DNA of 64,000 nt from sequence record NC_041878.1, one strand, 5' to 3'. Below, piece after piece: positions 39,391 through 47,722 of this stretch (the first letter of the stretch is position 1; each line of letters begins with the position of its first letter). Made by a program: the position numbers and the translations under genes. The notes under the pieces are model-generated. The model had not been told where the DNA came from. It made no database searches and was given only the letters and a program-made list of their open reading frames with translations.

Positions 39391-39585
39391 ATGATTACAG
39401 AAAACGTGACAATCTATGATAACCTAAATGAAAGTTATGGTTCTCCATATGGTTTCAGTTATCATGGGTTTATCTTTGTCTTCGAAACTGCTGAAGAACG
39501 CGATGCGTGGATTCAGGATTGTACAGTAGAAGATTTAGAATACATCATCAATGAAAGTGAAGAAGAAATAAACGCCGAGGGCTAA
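39391..39585 (+). CDS. hypothetical protein
   Basis: SD AAGGA. Confidence 0.7.
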   Translation: MITENVTIYDNLNESYGSPYGFSYHGFIFVFETAEERDAWIQDCTVEDLEYIINESEEEINAEG

Positions 39586-39586
39586 A

Positions 39587-39937
39587 ATGGGTTCGAACGT
39601 AGAAGCAGAAGTTAAAGTTAAACTCCTTAAACAACCACGTGGTGTTAAAGGAGCAACAATTGATATGTCACAGTTACACAAAGATCTTGAAACAATTGTA
39701 ACTGATGAAAGTTTTTATATTCAACGAGATACTTTTGTTGCACAGCAAGAATGTCGCTGGTATTCGATTGAAGAAGATATGCGTAAACTTTCAGCGATGT
39801 ATCCAGGTGTACTATTCACTGTAAAATCAGATGTACCTGATTATGGTGAAGATCCAGTTGTTCAGTACTTCTACGAAGGTAAAACACATAAAGCAGTAAT
39901 CACATATTCGCCATTTGACGAATCATTGTTAAACTAA
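39587..39937 (+). CDS. hypothetical protein, tandem paralog A
   Basis: WYSIEEDMRKLSAMYPGVLFTV. Confidence 0.75.
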   Translation: MGSNVEAEVKVKLLKQPRGVKGATIDMSQLHKDLETIVTDESFYIQRDTFVAQQECRWYSIEEDMRKLSAMYPGVLFTVKSDVPDYGEDPVVQYFYEGKTHKAVITYSPFDESLLN

Positions 39938-39947
39938 TAGAGGAATA

Positions 39948-40283
39948 ATGGGATATTACACAAACTACGAAATTTCTATTGATAAACATAATTCTGAAAT
40001 AGATGTACATAGTTCCGATTTTGTTGAAATTGTAGTTAATCGTTTAAACGAACTTTCTGACTACGGATTCGATGAAGACCTATCTCAGTACGGTATTAAA
40101 TGGTACGATTGGGAAGAACATATGAGGCAACTTAGTTCTGAATTCCCTTCAGTACTGTTCACCGTTAATGGTGTTGGTGAAGAAGATGGTGATATTTGGC
40201 GAGCATACTTTACTAATGGTAAAAGCCAGATTGAACAAGCACGAGTTTCTTTTGCACCGTTCGACGAAACAAAATTGAAGTAA
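39948..40283 (+). CDS. hypothetical protein, tandem paralog B
   Basis: WYDWEEHMRQLSSEFPSVLFTV. Confidence 0.8.
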   Translation: MGYYTNYEISIDKHNSEIDVHSSDFVEIVVNRLNELSDYGFDEDLSQYGIKWYDWEEHMRQLSSEFPSVLFTVNGVGEEDGDIWRAYFTNGKSQIEQARVSFAPFDETKLK

Positions 40284-40303
40284 ATAATATGCCACAAAGT
40301 TTT

Positions 40304-40332
40304 TGAAACAATCAAAGATTTTGTGGTATAAT
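40304..40332 (+). promoter_or_regulatory. class-B promoter
   Basis: TGAAAC-17-TATAAT before tRNA-Arg. Confidence 0.8.
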
Positions 40333-40344
40333 AGTAATATCAAT

Positions 40345-40419
40345 GCTCCTATAGTTAAGTGGAAATAACAGGAACCTTCTAAGTTCTAGTCCCTGGTTCG
40401 ATTCCAGGTGGGAGTGCCA
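40345..40419 (+). tRNA. tRNA-Arg(TCT)
   Basis: GGAAC-CTTCTAA-GTTCT, T arm, CCA. Confidence 0.95.
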
Positions 40420-40425
40420 ATTTAA

Positions 40426-40450
40426 ACCCAAGCATAGTCTTGGGTTTTTT
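40426..40450 (+). terminator. intrinsic terminator
   Basis: AAACCCAAG-catagt-CTTGGGTTTTTT. Confidence 0.75.
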
Positions 40451-40467
40451 CTTTTGTGGAGCAATCT

Positions 40468-40572
40468 ATGAGTAATAAAGATAAAAAGCCATCGCCTATG
40501 GATCGAGTCAAAGACCTCCTTAAAACGCCTCCTATGCCCGTCAACAAGTACCCAAAGGATGGTAAGCAATGA
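40468..40572 (+). CDS. small hypothetical protein (34 aa)
   Basis: SD GGAG; overlaps next start. Confidence 0.45.
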   Translation: MSNKDKKPSPMDRVKDLLKTPPMPVNKYPKDGKQ

Positions 40573-40790
40573 GCCTCGATCTAGGCATGAGCTTCGGCAC
40601 GTTGACTCTGGAGGGCTGGTCAGCCCAGGGTTTCACCGAACTCTTTGAAAATGCTAAAAAAGTACTTGACACGATACCAGCAATTCGGGTACAATTTCAC
40701 TTCAACGGATACATGATCGTAGTGAACGATAACACTGCACAAAGTGCGTGGGAAAAGTATCTTAACAAAGAATTTGAAAAAATAGGTTGA
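40569..40790 (+). CDS. hypothetical protein
   Basis: Co-oriented ORF. Confidence 0.6.
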   Translation: MSLDLGMSFGTLTLEGWSAQGFTELFENAKKVLDTIPAIRVQFHFNGYMIVVNDNTAQSAWEKYLNKEFEKIG

Positions 40791-40815
40791 CTATGAATCC
40801 ACGACCGAATACAAT
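40787..40815 (+). promoter_or_regulatory. sigma70-type promoter
   Basis: TTGACT-17-TACAAT. Confidence 0.65.
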
Positions 40816-40911
40816 GGCTAAGCCGATGAGTGATGAGCAAAAACTTCGCTTACTGGAAATGATTAAACCCAATAGTAATGTAGTATTCGTTGACTTCAAA
40901 AGGAAGTAATT

Positions 40912-41205
40912 ATGGATACGTTATTAACTTTGATGTACTGGTACATTGGTTTAAGTTTTGCTGGTATGCTATATATTGCATTGTACTTCGCATATACAGA
41001 TTTGCGAGCATATTTCCATATTAATGGGCATAAACCAGACAATAAATTTGGGTATGCGTATGGTTCTGGAATTGTGTTAACAATTTTCTTTATCCTTGCT
41101 GCACTTCCATTTGTTAATATAGTGTCTGCTGGGGTAGTGATTTATCTTTCTATCTTTAATAAGAAGGAAAGAGCTAAACGTGAAGCACAAAAGGCGAACC
41201 AATGA
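40912..41205 (+). CDS. membrane protein
   Basis: Two hydrophobic segments. Confidence 0.75.
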   Translation: MDTLLTLMYWYIGLSFAGMLYIALYFAYTDLRAYFHINGHKPDNKFGYAYGSGIVLTIFFILAALPFVNIVSAGVVIYLSIFNKKERAKREAQKANQ

Positions 41206-41468
41206 AACTTACATCGTACACTGAACCAGTACTGGTAACTATTAACGGTACTGAAGTAAAAGTACCTAAAGGTATTTTGTTTTTAACTATTAACCAGTAC
41301 AATCATCTTCAGGGATGGATTACTCGTCCATCAATTGATGAAGGTTTTTGGTCATCTTCCACGCAACCTATTTCTTTAGGTTTTGTTGAACTTGAAGAAG
41401 ATGATAAACGTTGGGATATTTTTGATGTTAAACGCAACGACTGGTACGAGAGTTATTACTATGACTAA
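41202..41468 (+). CDS. hypothetical protein (related to 17432-17674)
   Basis: INGTEVKVP..ILFLTIN. Confidence 0.7.
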   Translation: MKLTSYTEPVLVTINGTEVKVPKGILFLTINQYNHLQGWITRPSIDEGFWSSSTQPISLGFVELEEDDKRWDIFDVKRNDWYESYYYD

Positions 41469-41715
41469 TAGTGAAGTTTACAATGCAGCTATGATCTATC
41501 GTGAACTTCGTGCTAAACGTGGTTGTAGTAAAGATAAAAAGTACTGGAATACTGAATTAAGAATTCGTGTTGCAGTAGTTAATCATGAGATAATCATGAA
41601 TCGTGGAAAGGCTGGAACAGATAAAGAACGTCCTGAACTTCAGGATGCATATGATTATCTGGCTGAAGGTTTAAAAGAAGCCATGACTTATGCTGTTCCA
41701 CTTAAATGTCAGTAA
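41461..41715 (+). CDS. hypothetical protein
   Basis: Start moved to MTNSE. Confidence 0.7.
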   Translation: MTNSEVYNAAMIYRELRAKRGCSKDKKYWNTELRIRVAVVNHEIIMNRGKAGTDKERPELQDAYDYLAEGLKEAMTYAVPLKCQ

Positions 41716-41730
41716 AATAAAGAAAAAACT

Positions 41731-41759
41731 TGAAACGGCGATAAAAACTGTGGTATAAT
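41731..41759 (+). promoter_or_regulatory. class-B promoter
   Basis: TGAAAC-17-TATAAT. Confidence 0.8.
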
Positions 41760-41785
41760 AAAGGCATCGGTAAGGAGATAAACAA

Positions 41786-41986
41786 ATGGCAAAGAATGGT
41801 CGTTTGGGTCGTTACACGGTGATTATTAATGGTGATTATGGTTATCTGAGTAAACATGTTAAAGCACATAGTTATTCTGAAGCTGAAGAAGTCGCCACGG
41901 AAGAATACAAAAACGAGAATCCTGAAGATAAAGATGTTGGCTGTGCTGGAATTATTCGCGGCTGGCATGTAGTTTGGGGTGCTTAA
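41786..41986 (+). CDS. hypothetical protein
   Basis: SD AAGGAG. Confidence 0.75.
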   Translation: MAKNGRLGRYTVIINGDYGYLSKHVKAHSYSEAEEVATEEYKNENPEDKDVGCAGIIRGWHVVWGA

Positions 41987-41994
41987 AGAATTAC

Positions 41995-42068
41995 GCCTTT
42001 GTAGCTCAGCGGTAGAGCGGGGATCTCTAAAATCCTTTGTCGTGGGTTCGAATCCCTCCATCGGCACA
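41995..42068 (+). tRNA. tRNA with CTA anticodon (amber suppressor candidate), Phe-like body
   Basis: GGGAT-CTCTAAA-ATCCT; canonical D arm; 2 acceptor and 1 T-stem mismatches. Confidence 0.7.
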
Positions 42069-42113
42069 AATTGAAAATATAAGTGAGCTTTAGTGGTTCA
42101 TTGGTAAAACAAT

Positions 42114-42203
42114 GCGGGTAGTAGTGTTATTGACCTAGCACGTATCGGTTTCCTTAACTTTAGCCGATAAAGATTGGGGGTTTGAATCCCTCTACCCGCC
42201 GCA
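42114..42203 (+). ncRNA. tRNA-like RNA with 13-nt anticodon loop
   Basis: Acceptor GCGGGTA/TACCCGC; TATCGGT-13nt-GCCGATA; GGGGG-TTTGAAT-CCCTC. Confidence 0.55.
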
Positions 42204-42282
42204 CTAAAGGTAGCGTACATAGTACGAGCAACTAACACGAGGCGTCGGATTCCACGCCTACACTTATATTAAACTGTACAAT

Positions 42283-42369
42283 GCGGGTGTGGCGGTATTG
42301 GTAGTACGCAAGGGATTTAAAATCCCTCAGACTTCGGTCTTGTGAGTTCGAATCTCATCACCCGTACCA
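42283..42369 (+). tRNA. tRNA-Leu(TAA)
   Basis: AGGGA-TTTAAAA-TCCCT, long variable arm, CCA. Confidence 0.95.
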
Positions 42370-42371
42370 AT

Positions 42372-42483
42372 GCATAAATGACGGAATTGGTAAACGTAGA
42401 GTCTGACAATAGCGAAAGCGACGATAGGACTTCGGGAGTAGCCGTGAGGTTCCCTTGTAGGTTCGAATCCTGCTTTATGCACC
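42372..42483 (+). ncRNA. class II tRNA-like RNA with anticodon loop replaced by ~22-nt insert
   Basis: GCATAAA/TTTATGC acceptor, D and T arms intact; GC-GAAA-GC in place of anticodon. Confidence 0.6.
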
Positions 42484-42506
42484 TTTTTAATTAAGCGGAG
42501 TTTATC

Positions 42507-42740
42507 ATGGATAAATGTACTGTTTGTAATGGTGATGGTTGGCATTATGGTGGTGATGGTACTATGTACGAATGTGAACCATGTAATAGTACTGGTGTAG
42601 TTCAAACAAATCGTCGTGTACTTTCTGAAGAATCTTTCAATCAAGTACAAGAAGCAATTAACAAACCAGCTAATCCATTTTTAATGCTGCGTAAACTTAT
42701 GCGTCGTAAAAGTACTAACAGTACTTATATCAAGAAATAA
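42507..42740 (+). CDS. hypothetical protein with CxxC-CxxC Zn ribbon
   Basis: CTVCNGDG...CEPCNSTG. Confidence 0.7.
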   Translation: MDKCTVCNGDGWHYGGDGTMYECEPCNSTGVVQTNRRVLSEESFNQVQEAINKPANPFLMLRKLMRRKSTNSTYIKK

Positions 42741-42747
42741 TTAATTC

Positions 42748-42824
42748 GGCCCTTTGTACTGTCGCGTGAAAGTACTCTGCTCATAACAGATGTAAGGTGG
42801 GTTAGACTCCCACAAGGGCCACCA
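42748..42824 (+). tRNA. tRNA(CAT), probably Ile2 (lysidine)
   Basis: GGCCCTT/AAGGGCC-ACCA with C4:G69, C5:G68 like E. coli ileX; loop CTCATAA; T loop TTAGACT. Confidence 0.8.
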
Positions 42825-42850
42825 ACTTTTTAAATGGATTTTGTGTTTTA

Positions 42851-43255
42851 ATGAAAATGGATTTAGAATATCCGTACAACCAAGATTGGCAACGCGGATA
42901 CCTTGTGGTTAATCCAGAAGGAAGAAAAACAGTTATATTGTTTAATTCGGATAATGATAGAAGCTCTACTGCATATGCACGATATTTACTAGCAGTAAAA
43001 GAGGGTAGATATTTAACTGAAAATGAACAAGCTGATCATATAGATGCGGATAAAACTAATGATAGTATTGATAATCTGCAAATATTAACAATAGAACAGC
43101 ATAAAGAAAAAAGTTTATTTGAATCTCCTGGTAAAACGTATGTTGAATTTATATGCCAATATTGTGGGGAATCATTTAAAAGAGAAATTCGCCAAATTAA
43201 ACCATACACTAAGTATTGTAGTAGAAGATGTGGATGGGATAGTTTAAAAAAATAA
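42851..43255 (+). CDS. HNH homing endonuclease
   Basis: ADHIDADKTNDSIDNLQILT..H; C-terminal CQYC...YCSRRC. Confidence 0.85.
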   Translation: MKMDLEYPYNQDWQRGYLVVNPEGRKTVILFNSDNDRSSTAYARYLLAVKEGRYLTENEQADHIDADKTNDSIDNLQILTIEQHKEKSLFESPGKTYVEFICQYCGESFKREIRQIKPYTKYCSRRCGWDSLKK

Positions 43256-43266
43256 CTAAGAATTAT

Positions 43267-43437
43267 GCCGTGTACAGGTTCGATTCCTGTTCATTCACTG
43301 AGAGAAAGTACTCGAAAGGTGCACACAGTACAGTACGAGTATCAATAATGGTATTGTGATAGGGTGACAAGAAGATATTCTTGAGTGGTTGGTACTACGT
43401 TCATCTGAAATGGGTTCGAACCCCATTTGCGGCTCCT
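43267..43437 (+). ncRNA. RNA with two T-arm modules
   Basis: ACAGG-TTCGATT-CCTGT and ATGGG-TTCGAAC-CCCAT; ends GCCGTG/TGCGGC pair. Confidence 0.5.
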
Positions 43438-43455
43438 ATTAATTGAGGATTGAAT

Positions 43456-43608
43456 ATGATGCAGTACTTAAAAGAAAACTTGTGTTTTATTTTGTTCGGT
43501 ATCTTATTCTTATGCGTCTGTGGCATTATTACTAATGCAATTATTGACGGTGTACAGCGTAACATCACTCAGAAAATGATTGATGACACATATCGTATTC
43601 ACAAGTGA
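43456..43608 (+). CDS. small membrane protein (50 aa)
   Basis: SD GAGG; hydrophobic N-half. Confidence 0.55.
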   Translation: MMQYLKENLCFILFGILFLCVCGIITNAIIDGVQRNITQKMIDDTYRIHK

Positions 43609-43614
43609 GATCAT

Positions 43615-43815
43615 ATGACAATCAAAGAAATCCAAAAAGTACTCAGTACTTCGTTTAAAAACGGGGTATACATTCGCCGTCCAAGTTTTAACAACATTGA
43701 ACTTTATATTAATAAAGATGGTAAAGTGTGGCAATGTGAAAAACTAACTGGTCACGTGTTCGAAACAGAACTCATGAAGCATGAATTTAATCATGATGAT
43801 TGGGAAGTTGTATAA
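43615..43815 (+). CDS. hypothetical protein
   Basis: Co-oriented ORF. Confidence 0.7.
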   Translation: MTIKEIQKVLSTSFKNGVYIRRPSFNNIELYINKDGKVWQCEKLTGHVFETELMKHEFNHDDWEVV

Positions 43816-44030
43816 TGAATACTATGTTTGTAATACAACTTATTATTTCAGCCATTCTCGGTGTAGCTTCAAGTATTTTGTATCCAGGTTTTAAATCCGG
43901 CTCATATAGCAGTATTTTTCTTGCTATAATCTTTATATCTATTTTCCTAATGGGTAAAGGTTTTGGTGAATTGTGTACTGCAATGAAACTTCGTGAAGAT
44001 AAACCAGAATCGGGGTTTAAAAAGAAATGA
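43815..44030 (+). CDS. membrane protein
   Basis: Two TM segments. Confidence 0.7.
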   Translation: MNTMFVIQLIISAILGVASSILYPGFKSGSYSSIFLAIIFISIFLMGKGFGELCTAMKLREDKPESGFKKK

Positions 44031-44224
44031 GTCCAGTACTAGCAATTATTTGTATTTGGGCGTTTATGTTTTCGATTTATTATATGAGTAAATCTATTAA
44101 AACTATAATCGCTGGTGAATTTCGTAAATTCGGGTCTGCTGTTGGTATGTTTGTACCATTTGCAATTGTTTGGATTGATGCGTTTCTTCGTATCTTTTCG
44201 GTTCAACACACAGGTTTGTGGTAA
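44027..44224 (+). CDS. membrane protein
   Basis: Two TM segments. Confidence 0.7.
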   Translation: MSPVLAIICIWAFMFSIYYMSKSIKTIIAGEFRKFGSAVGMFVPFAIVWIDAFLRIFSVQHTGLW

Positions 44225-44664
44225 TGGAAATTCTAACCCCTGATAATATGCCAGTTAAAGTACTGGCTGAAATGGCATTAAATGAAGGTTTATATCATTC
44301 ACCAGCATGGACAATGATTTCATGTTATCGTGATATTATTACTAATCCAGATGTTGAAGAAACTTCAGTCATGCTGGTACTGCGTGATGATGAACAGAAT
44401 TGCATTGGTGCTACATTCTTCAATGATGAATTCTGTGATTATTATTGGGGTACTAACATTCAGATGTTTGTTAAGCCTCAGTATCGCGGTCAGGGGTATG
44501 CAAAATTATTATTCACACAACTGAATAATTACTTGAAAAAATCTGGCTGGAATGGTACACTGTTTTGCGGTTACGGTGTTGAAGGTTCAGGTAATTTTTG
44601 GTATCAAATGAACAAATTACATTTGAATGAACCTGAACAGTACTGTCAAGTTTGTTTAAATTAA
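44224..44664 (+). CDS. GNAT-family acetyltransferase
   Basis: MFVKPQYRGQGYAKLL acetyl-CoA motif; NFWY. Confidence 0.8.
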   Translation: MEILTPDNMPVKVLAEMALNEGLYHSPAWTMISCYRDIITNPDVEETSVMLVLRDDEQNCIGATFFNDEFCDYYWGTNIQMFVKPQYRGQGYAKLLFTQLNNYLKKSGWNGTLFCGYGVEGSGNFWYQMNKLHLNEPEQYCQVCLN

Positions 44665-44671
44665 AAATTTA

Positions 44672-44756
44672 GCGTTTGTGGTGAAATTGGTAAACACAGG
44701 AGACTTAAAATCTCCCGCCTTTAGGTTTGTCGGTTCGAGTCCGACCAGACGCACCA
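44672..44756 (+). tRNA. tRNA-Leu(TAA), second copy
   Basis: GGAGA-CTTAAAA-TCTCC, CCA. Confidence 0.95.
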
Positions 44757-44770
44757 ATCATGAGGTTTAT

Positions 44771-44983
44771 ATGGATAAGTACGTAATCTCTTATGTTGAT
44801 AGTACTGGTAACACACATTATCTTATAAGTTCAGGTGCACAGACTTATACTGCCAATGTTGGCGAAGCTACAGAGTTCGATCATGAAACTGCAATTGCAT
44901 TGCAAAACTATATTACTCGTGTGAAGAAAACTGAAGCTCAAATGTCACGTGTTGAAAAAATCTATCATAAGGTTCAAAACTGA
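44771..44983 (+). CDS. hypothetical protein
   Basis: SD GAGG; start moved past tRNA. Confidence 0.7.
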   Translation: MDKYVISYVDSTGNTHYLISSGAQTYTANVGEATEFDHETAIALQNYITRVKKTEAQMSRVEKIYHKVQN

Positions 44984-45228
44984 TGAAGACTTTGAATAAA
45001 CTGATTTTGGGTGTAGCAATTGCTGCTGCCCTAGTTAGTACTGCAAACGCAGAAAGAATGCGACCCGCACGATATATTGCAGAGTGCTCCACTCCGAAAG
45101 GAGTTTATGAAGAAAAAGTGTATGATTACGACTACTATAATGGTAGTAGTATCAAAGTAACACCACTTCTCGGAAAGCAAATTTTATTTGTAAATGCTTT
45201 TTGTGTATTTTATCCATTGGAAAATTAA
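44983..45228 (+). CDS. exported hypothetical protein
   Basis: Signal-peptide-like N-terminus (AxA). Confidence 0.7.
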   Translation: MKTLNKLILGVAIAAALVSTANAERMRPARYIAECSTPKGVYEEKVYDYDYYNGSSIKVTPLLGKQILFVNAFCVFYPLEN

Positions 45229-45230
45229 TA

Positions 45231-45458
45231 ATGAAAATTATCGAAGATGCAGTACTGGCTAAAATGAATCTGCAACGTCTGAAAGCACATCGCACTTCAG
45301 TACTTGCACATATTAGTAAAAACTTTTATGAAAACGACGAAGATGATATTCGCCGTCCAGTAAATCACGATACTCAAGAATTTAAAGATGCTATTGAGTA
45401 TCGTAATAAAGTAAACAAATACTACGACTCTGCTCGTACCGCAATTAAGGTTAAGTAA
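45231..45458 (+). CDS. hypothetical protein
   Basis: Co-oriented ORF. Confidence 0.7.
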   Translation: MKIIEDAVLAKMNLQRLKAHRTSVLAHISKNFYENDEDDIRRPVNHDTQEFKDAIEYRNKVNKYYDSARTAIKVK

Positions 45459-45718
45459 TGTCTGATAAGTTTATTCTTGAAACACGCTTTTGTATGGTAA
45501 GCAGTGATGTTAATTCAGTAGGTAAGATGCTTGGCCTGGAATGGAACTATGTTTGTGGTTTAGTTTCTGAGGCAGGATTGTACGGCGAAGATGGTGCTGG
45601 TTATACTATCGTTGAACGTGATGAATATGAATTTGATTCAGAACTGGATCAAATCTTTGACAAAATTTTTGCAGACAATCCAGAATGTAATGTAATTTAT
45701 ATTTTAGACGACTGCTAA
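45458..45718 (+). CDS. hypothetical protein
   Basis: Co-oriented ORF. Confidence 0.7.
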   Translation: MSDKFILETRFCMVSSDVNSVGKMLGLEWNYVCGLVSEAGLYGEDGAGYTIVERDEYEFDSELDQIFDKIFADNPECNVIYILDDC

Positions 45719-45724
45719 AAACCC

Positions 45725-45753
45725 TTGACAGTACTGTAACTGTATGATATAGT
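45725..45753 (+). promoter_or_regulatory. sigma70-type promoter
   Basis: TTGACA-17-TATAGT. Confidence 0.8.
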
Positions 45754-45780
45754 ACTGTTTATTAAGTGAGAGAACAAATC

Positions 45781-45984
45781 ATGACTAAAGCAGAATTGAT
45801 TGAAGCATTGAAAGATTATCCAGATGATGCCTGTATTGAAATAGTACATGGTTCTGGTGGCAATCATTATGATATTGGTAAAGTAGTACATTATAATGAT
45901 TATGGTATTCAAATTGCAGAACTGGCTATTAGTGAACCTAAAACTGTGCCAGAATCTATTATTCGTGGTATTCGCGAGGCTTAA
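45781..45984 (+). CDS. hypothetical protein
   Basis: MTKAELIEAL start. Confidence 0.7.
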   Translation: MTKAELIEALKDYPDDACIEIVHGSGGNHYDIGKVVHYNDYGIQIAELAISEPKTVPESIIRGIREA

Positions 45985-46785
45985 ATGAACGAGTTCATCG
46001 AGAAGTTTATTACAGGTTATACTGGTTTGAGTTCTAAAACTCGTAACCATATTCGTTCTTTCAACCGCCGAATCAGTAATTACAAATTTGTAATGATTCA
46101 TCCAGTACTTATTAAAGATGATTATGAACTGATGGTGGGATTTGTTAATGACAACTCCAATATCTGGCCTTTGGGTGAAGAAGAACAGCGTAAAGCGTTT
46201 GAATTCATTGGTCATCGTGGTCATGAATTCCTGCGTACTGATGATAAGCTGGATACGGAAATGTTCAACCAAACGTTGTACATTGAAACTTCCCGTTTCT
46301 CTCCAATTGCTTTGGAAACCGGTTCTTGGGAGCAATTACTGAATGCTCCGAAAATCGAAGATGGTGACTTTGAACTTCTCAGTGAACCATTTAGTACTTT
46401 CTTTAATCTGGATGAACATTACAACAACGATTTTGACGTATGGGAATTCTTTCAAGAAAAGAATAAACCATCTGACGTAGAACTGCGTGTTGTCTGGAAA
46501 GATGTTGACAGTGACCATAAGTACGGGAACATTAACACACTAATTTTCTGGCAGGGTGAATTCATCGGATGGGTGAATAGTGGTTCTAAATGGTTGGCAA
46601 CACACGTGTATAATACTGTGAATGCTGAACGTTGGGCTGCATTCATGCAGTACTTGTATCAGTGTTCCGGTCAAACGCCAAATAATACATTACGTGGAAT
46701 TTACGTGGTTGACATGAATAGCGTTACTGACGTTGAGAGTGTTATCAGTATTCCTGGATTAACTGAACCAGATTACGGTGAATAA
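45985..46785 (+). CDS. hypothetical protein
   Basis: 266 aa ORF. Confidence 0.8.
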   Translation: MNEFIEKFITGYTGLSSKTRNHIRSFNRRISNYKFVMIHPVLIKDDYELMVGFVNDNSNIWPLGEEEQRKAFEFIGHRGHEFLRTDDKLDTEMFNQTLYIETSRFSPIALETGSWEQLLNAPKIEDGDFELLSEPFSTFFNLDEHYNNDFDVWEFFQEKNKPSDVELRVVWKDVDSDHKYGNINTLIFWQGEFIGWVNSGSKWLATHVYNTVNAERWAAFMQYLYQCSGQTPNNTLRGIYVVDMNSVTDVESVISIPGLTEPDYGE

Positions 46786-47089
46786 TATGACATTCATGCA
46801 TTTTGTTAACTTCGGAAAGAAAAAACCACAAAGTGATGAAAAAATTATTATTCATCTTGAACATTCTGTTTTTGAAAGTGGCATTACTGAAGAATTGGAA
46901 GGTATAATCGCAAAAGCATTAAAAGATGGTACATGGTCACGTACTACGCTTATACCACCATCACCAATAAGTATCAATATGAGTACTGGTGAAGGTACAC
47001 CATTGCCACTAGGTCAAATGTCAACGGATATTTTAATTGACATGTGTAATGAAATCCTTAAACGTTTGCAGGATGATACTGATGAATGA
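46778..47089 (+). CDS. hypothetical protein
   Basis: Co-oriented ORF. Confidence 0.65.
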   Translation: MNNMTFMHFVNFGKKKPQSDEKIIIHLEHSVFESGITEELEGIIAKALKDGTWSRTTLIPPSPISINMSTGEGTPLPLGQMSTDILIDMCNEILKRLQDDTDE

Positions 47090-47489
47090 ACTGATTGAAA
47101 CTTGGATGCACAATGTTAAAGTGTATCCACCTGCGGAAATCTTTTTTGAAAAGTACGGGAAAGAAGCAAAAGCTGAAGAACGTATTAAGCAACTTTGTGA
47201 AGATGTTTATCGTTTCTGCTTCCCTGAAGGTACTAAAAACCCGTTGGGTGATCTTGGTCAATCGTATCGTGAATTTGAAGTTGCATATCTTATGGGCTTC
47301 GACGGCATGAAACCAGAGTACATCACAAAAGTTAAAGATGCGTTCCTTGCTGATGTGAAGTACGCAATAACTGAACTGGAAAAAATGTTCAAAAAGGATC
47401 AAATCCTTCAGCAGTACTATGCACCGTGGAAAGTCAAATTCGCGGATATTAACTCAGCCGTTTATGATATGACTAAGGATTATGTATGA
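47082..47489 (+). CDS. hypothetical protein
   Basis: Start moved to MNELI. Confidence 0.7.
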   Translation: MNELIETWMHNVKVYPPAEIFFEKYGKEAKAEERIKQLCEDVYRFCFPEGTKNPLGDLGQSYREFEVAYLMGFDGMKPEYITKVKDAFLADVKYAITELEKMFKKDQILQQYYAPWKVKFADINSAVYDMTKDYV

Positions 47490-47713
47490 AAATCTTAGCC
47501 ATTGAACGTTATGGTGATTTTGATATGCCATATCTGGTATTATTCAAAGGTTCAGAAGAATCCCCTGAACCATCGGTAGTACTTGCTGAACTTGAAGCAA
47601 TCAATGAACCAACTTGGTTGGAACAAGAGAAACTTCATAATCAAATGGTTCGTATTTTGACTAGTCATGGCTATACAAAATTTGAACCACCAATGGTCAC
47701 TATTAGTGATTAA
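47486..47713 (+). CDS. hypothetical protein
   Basis: Co-oriented ORF. Confidence 0.7.
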   Translation: MKILAIERYGDFDMPYLVLFKGSEESPEPSVVLAELEAINEPTWLEQEKLHNQMVRILTSHGYTKFEPPMVTISD

Positions 47714-47722
47714 TATTTAAAA

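Noticed and set aside
40666-40695. TTGACA-18-TACAAT inside ORF 40569-40790
   Set aside because: Could be a real internal promoter, but it has suboptimal spacing and an adjacent better promoter at 40787; not listed
42748-42824. Initiator or elongator tRNA-Met
   Set aside because: G1:C72 and no GGG/CCC anticodon stem exclude fMet; the acceptor matches the ileX/TilS pattern better than Met
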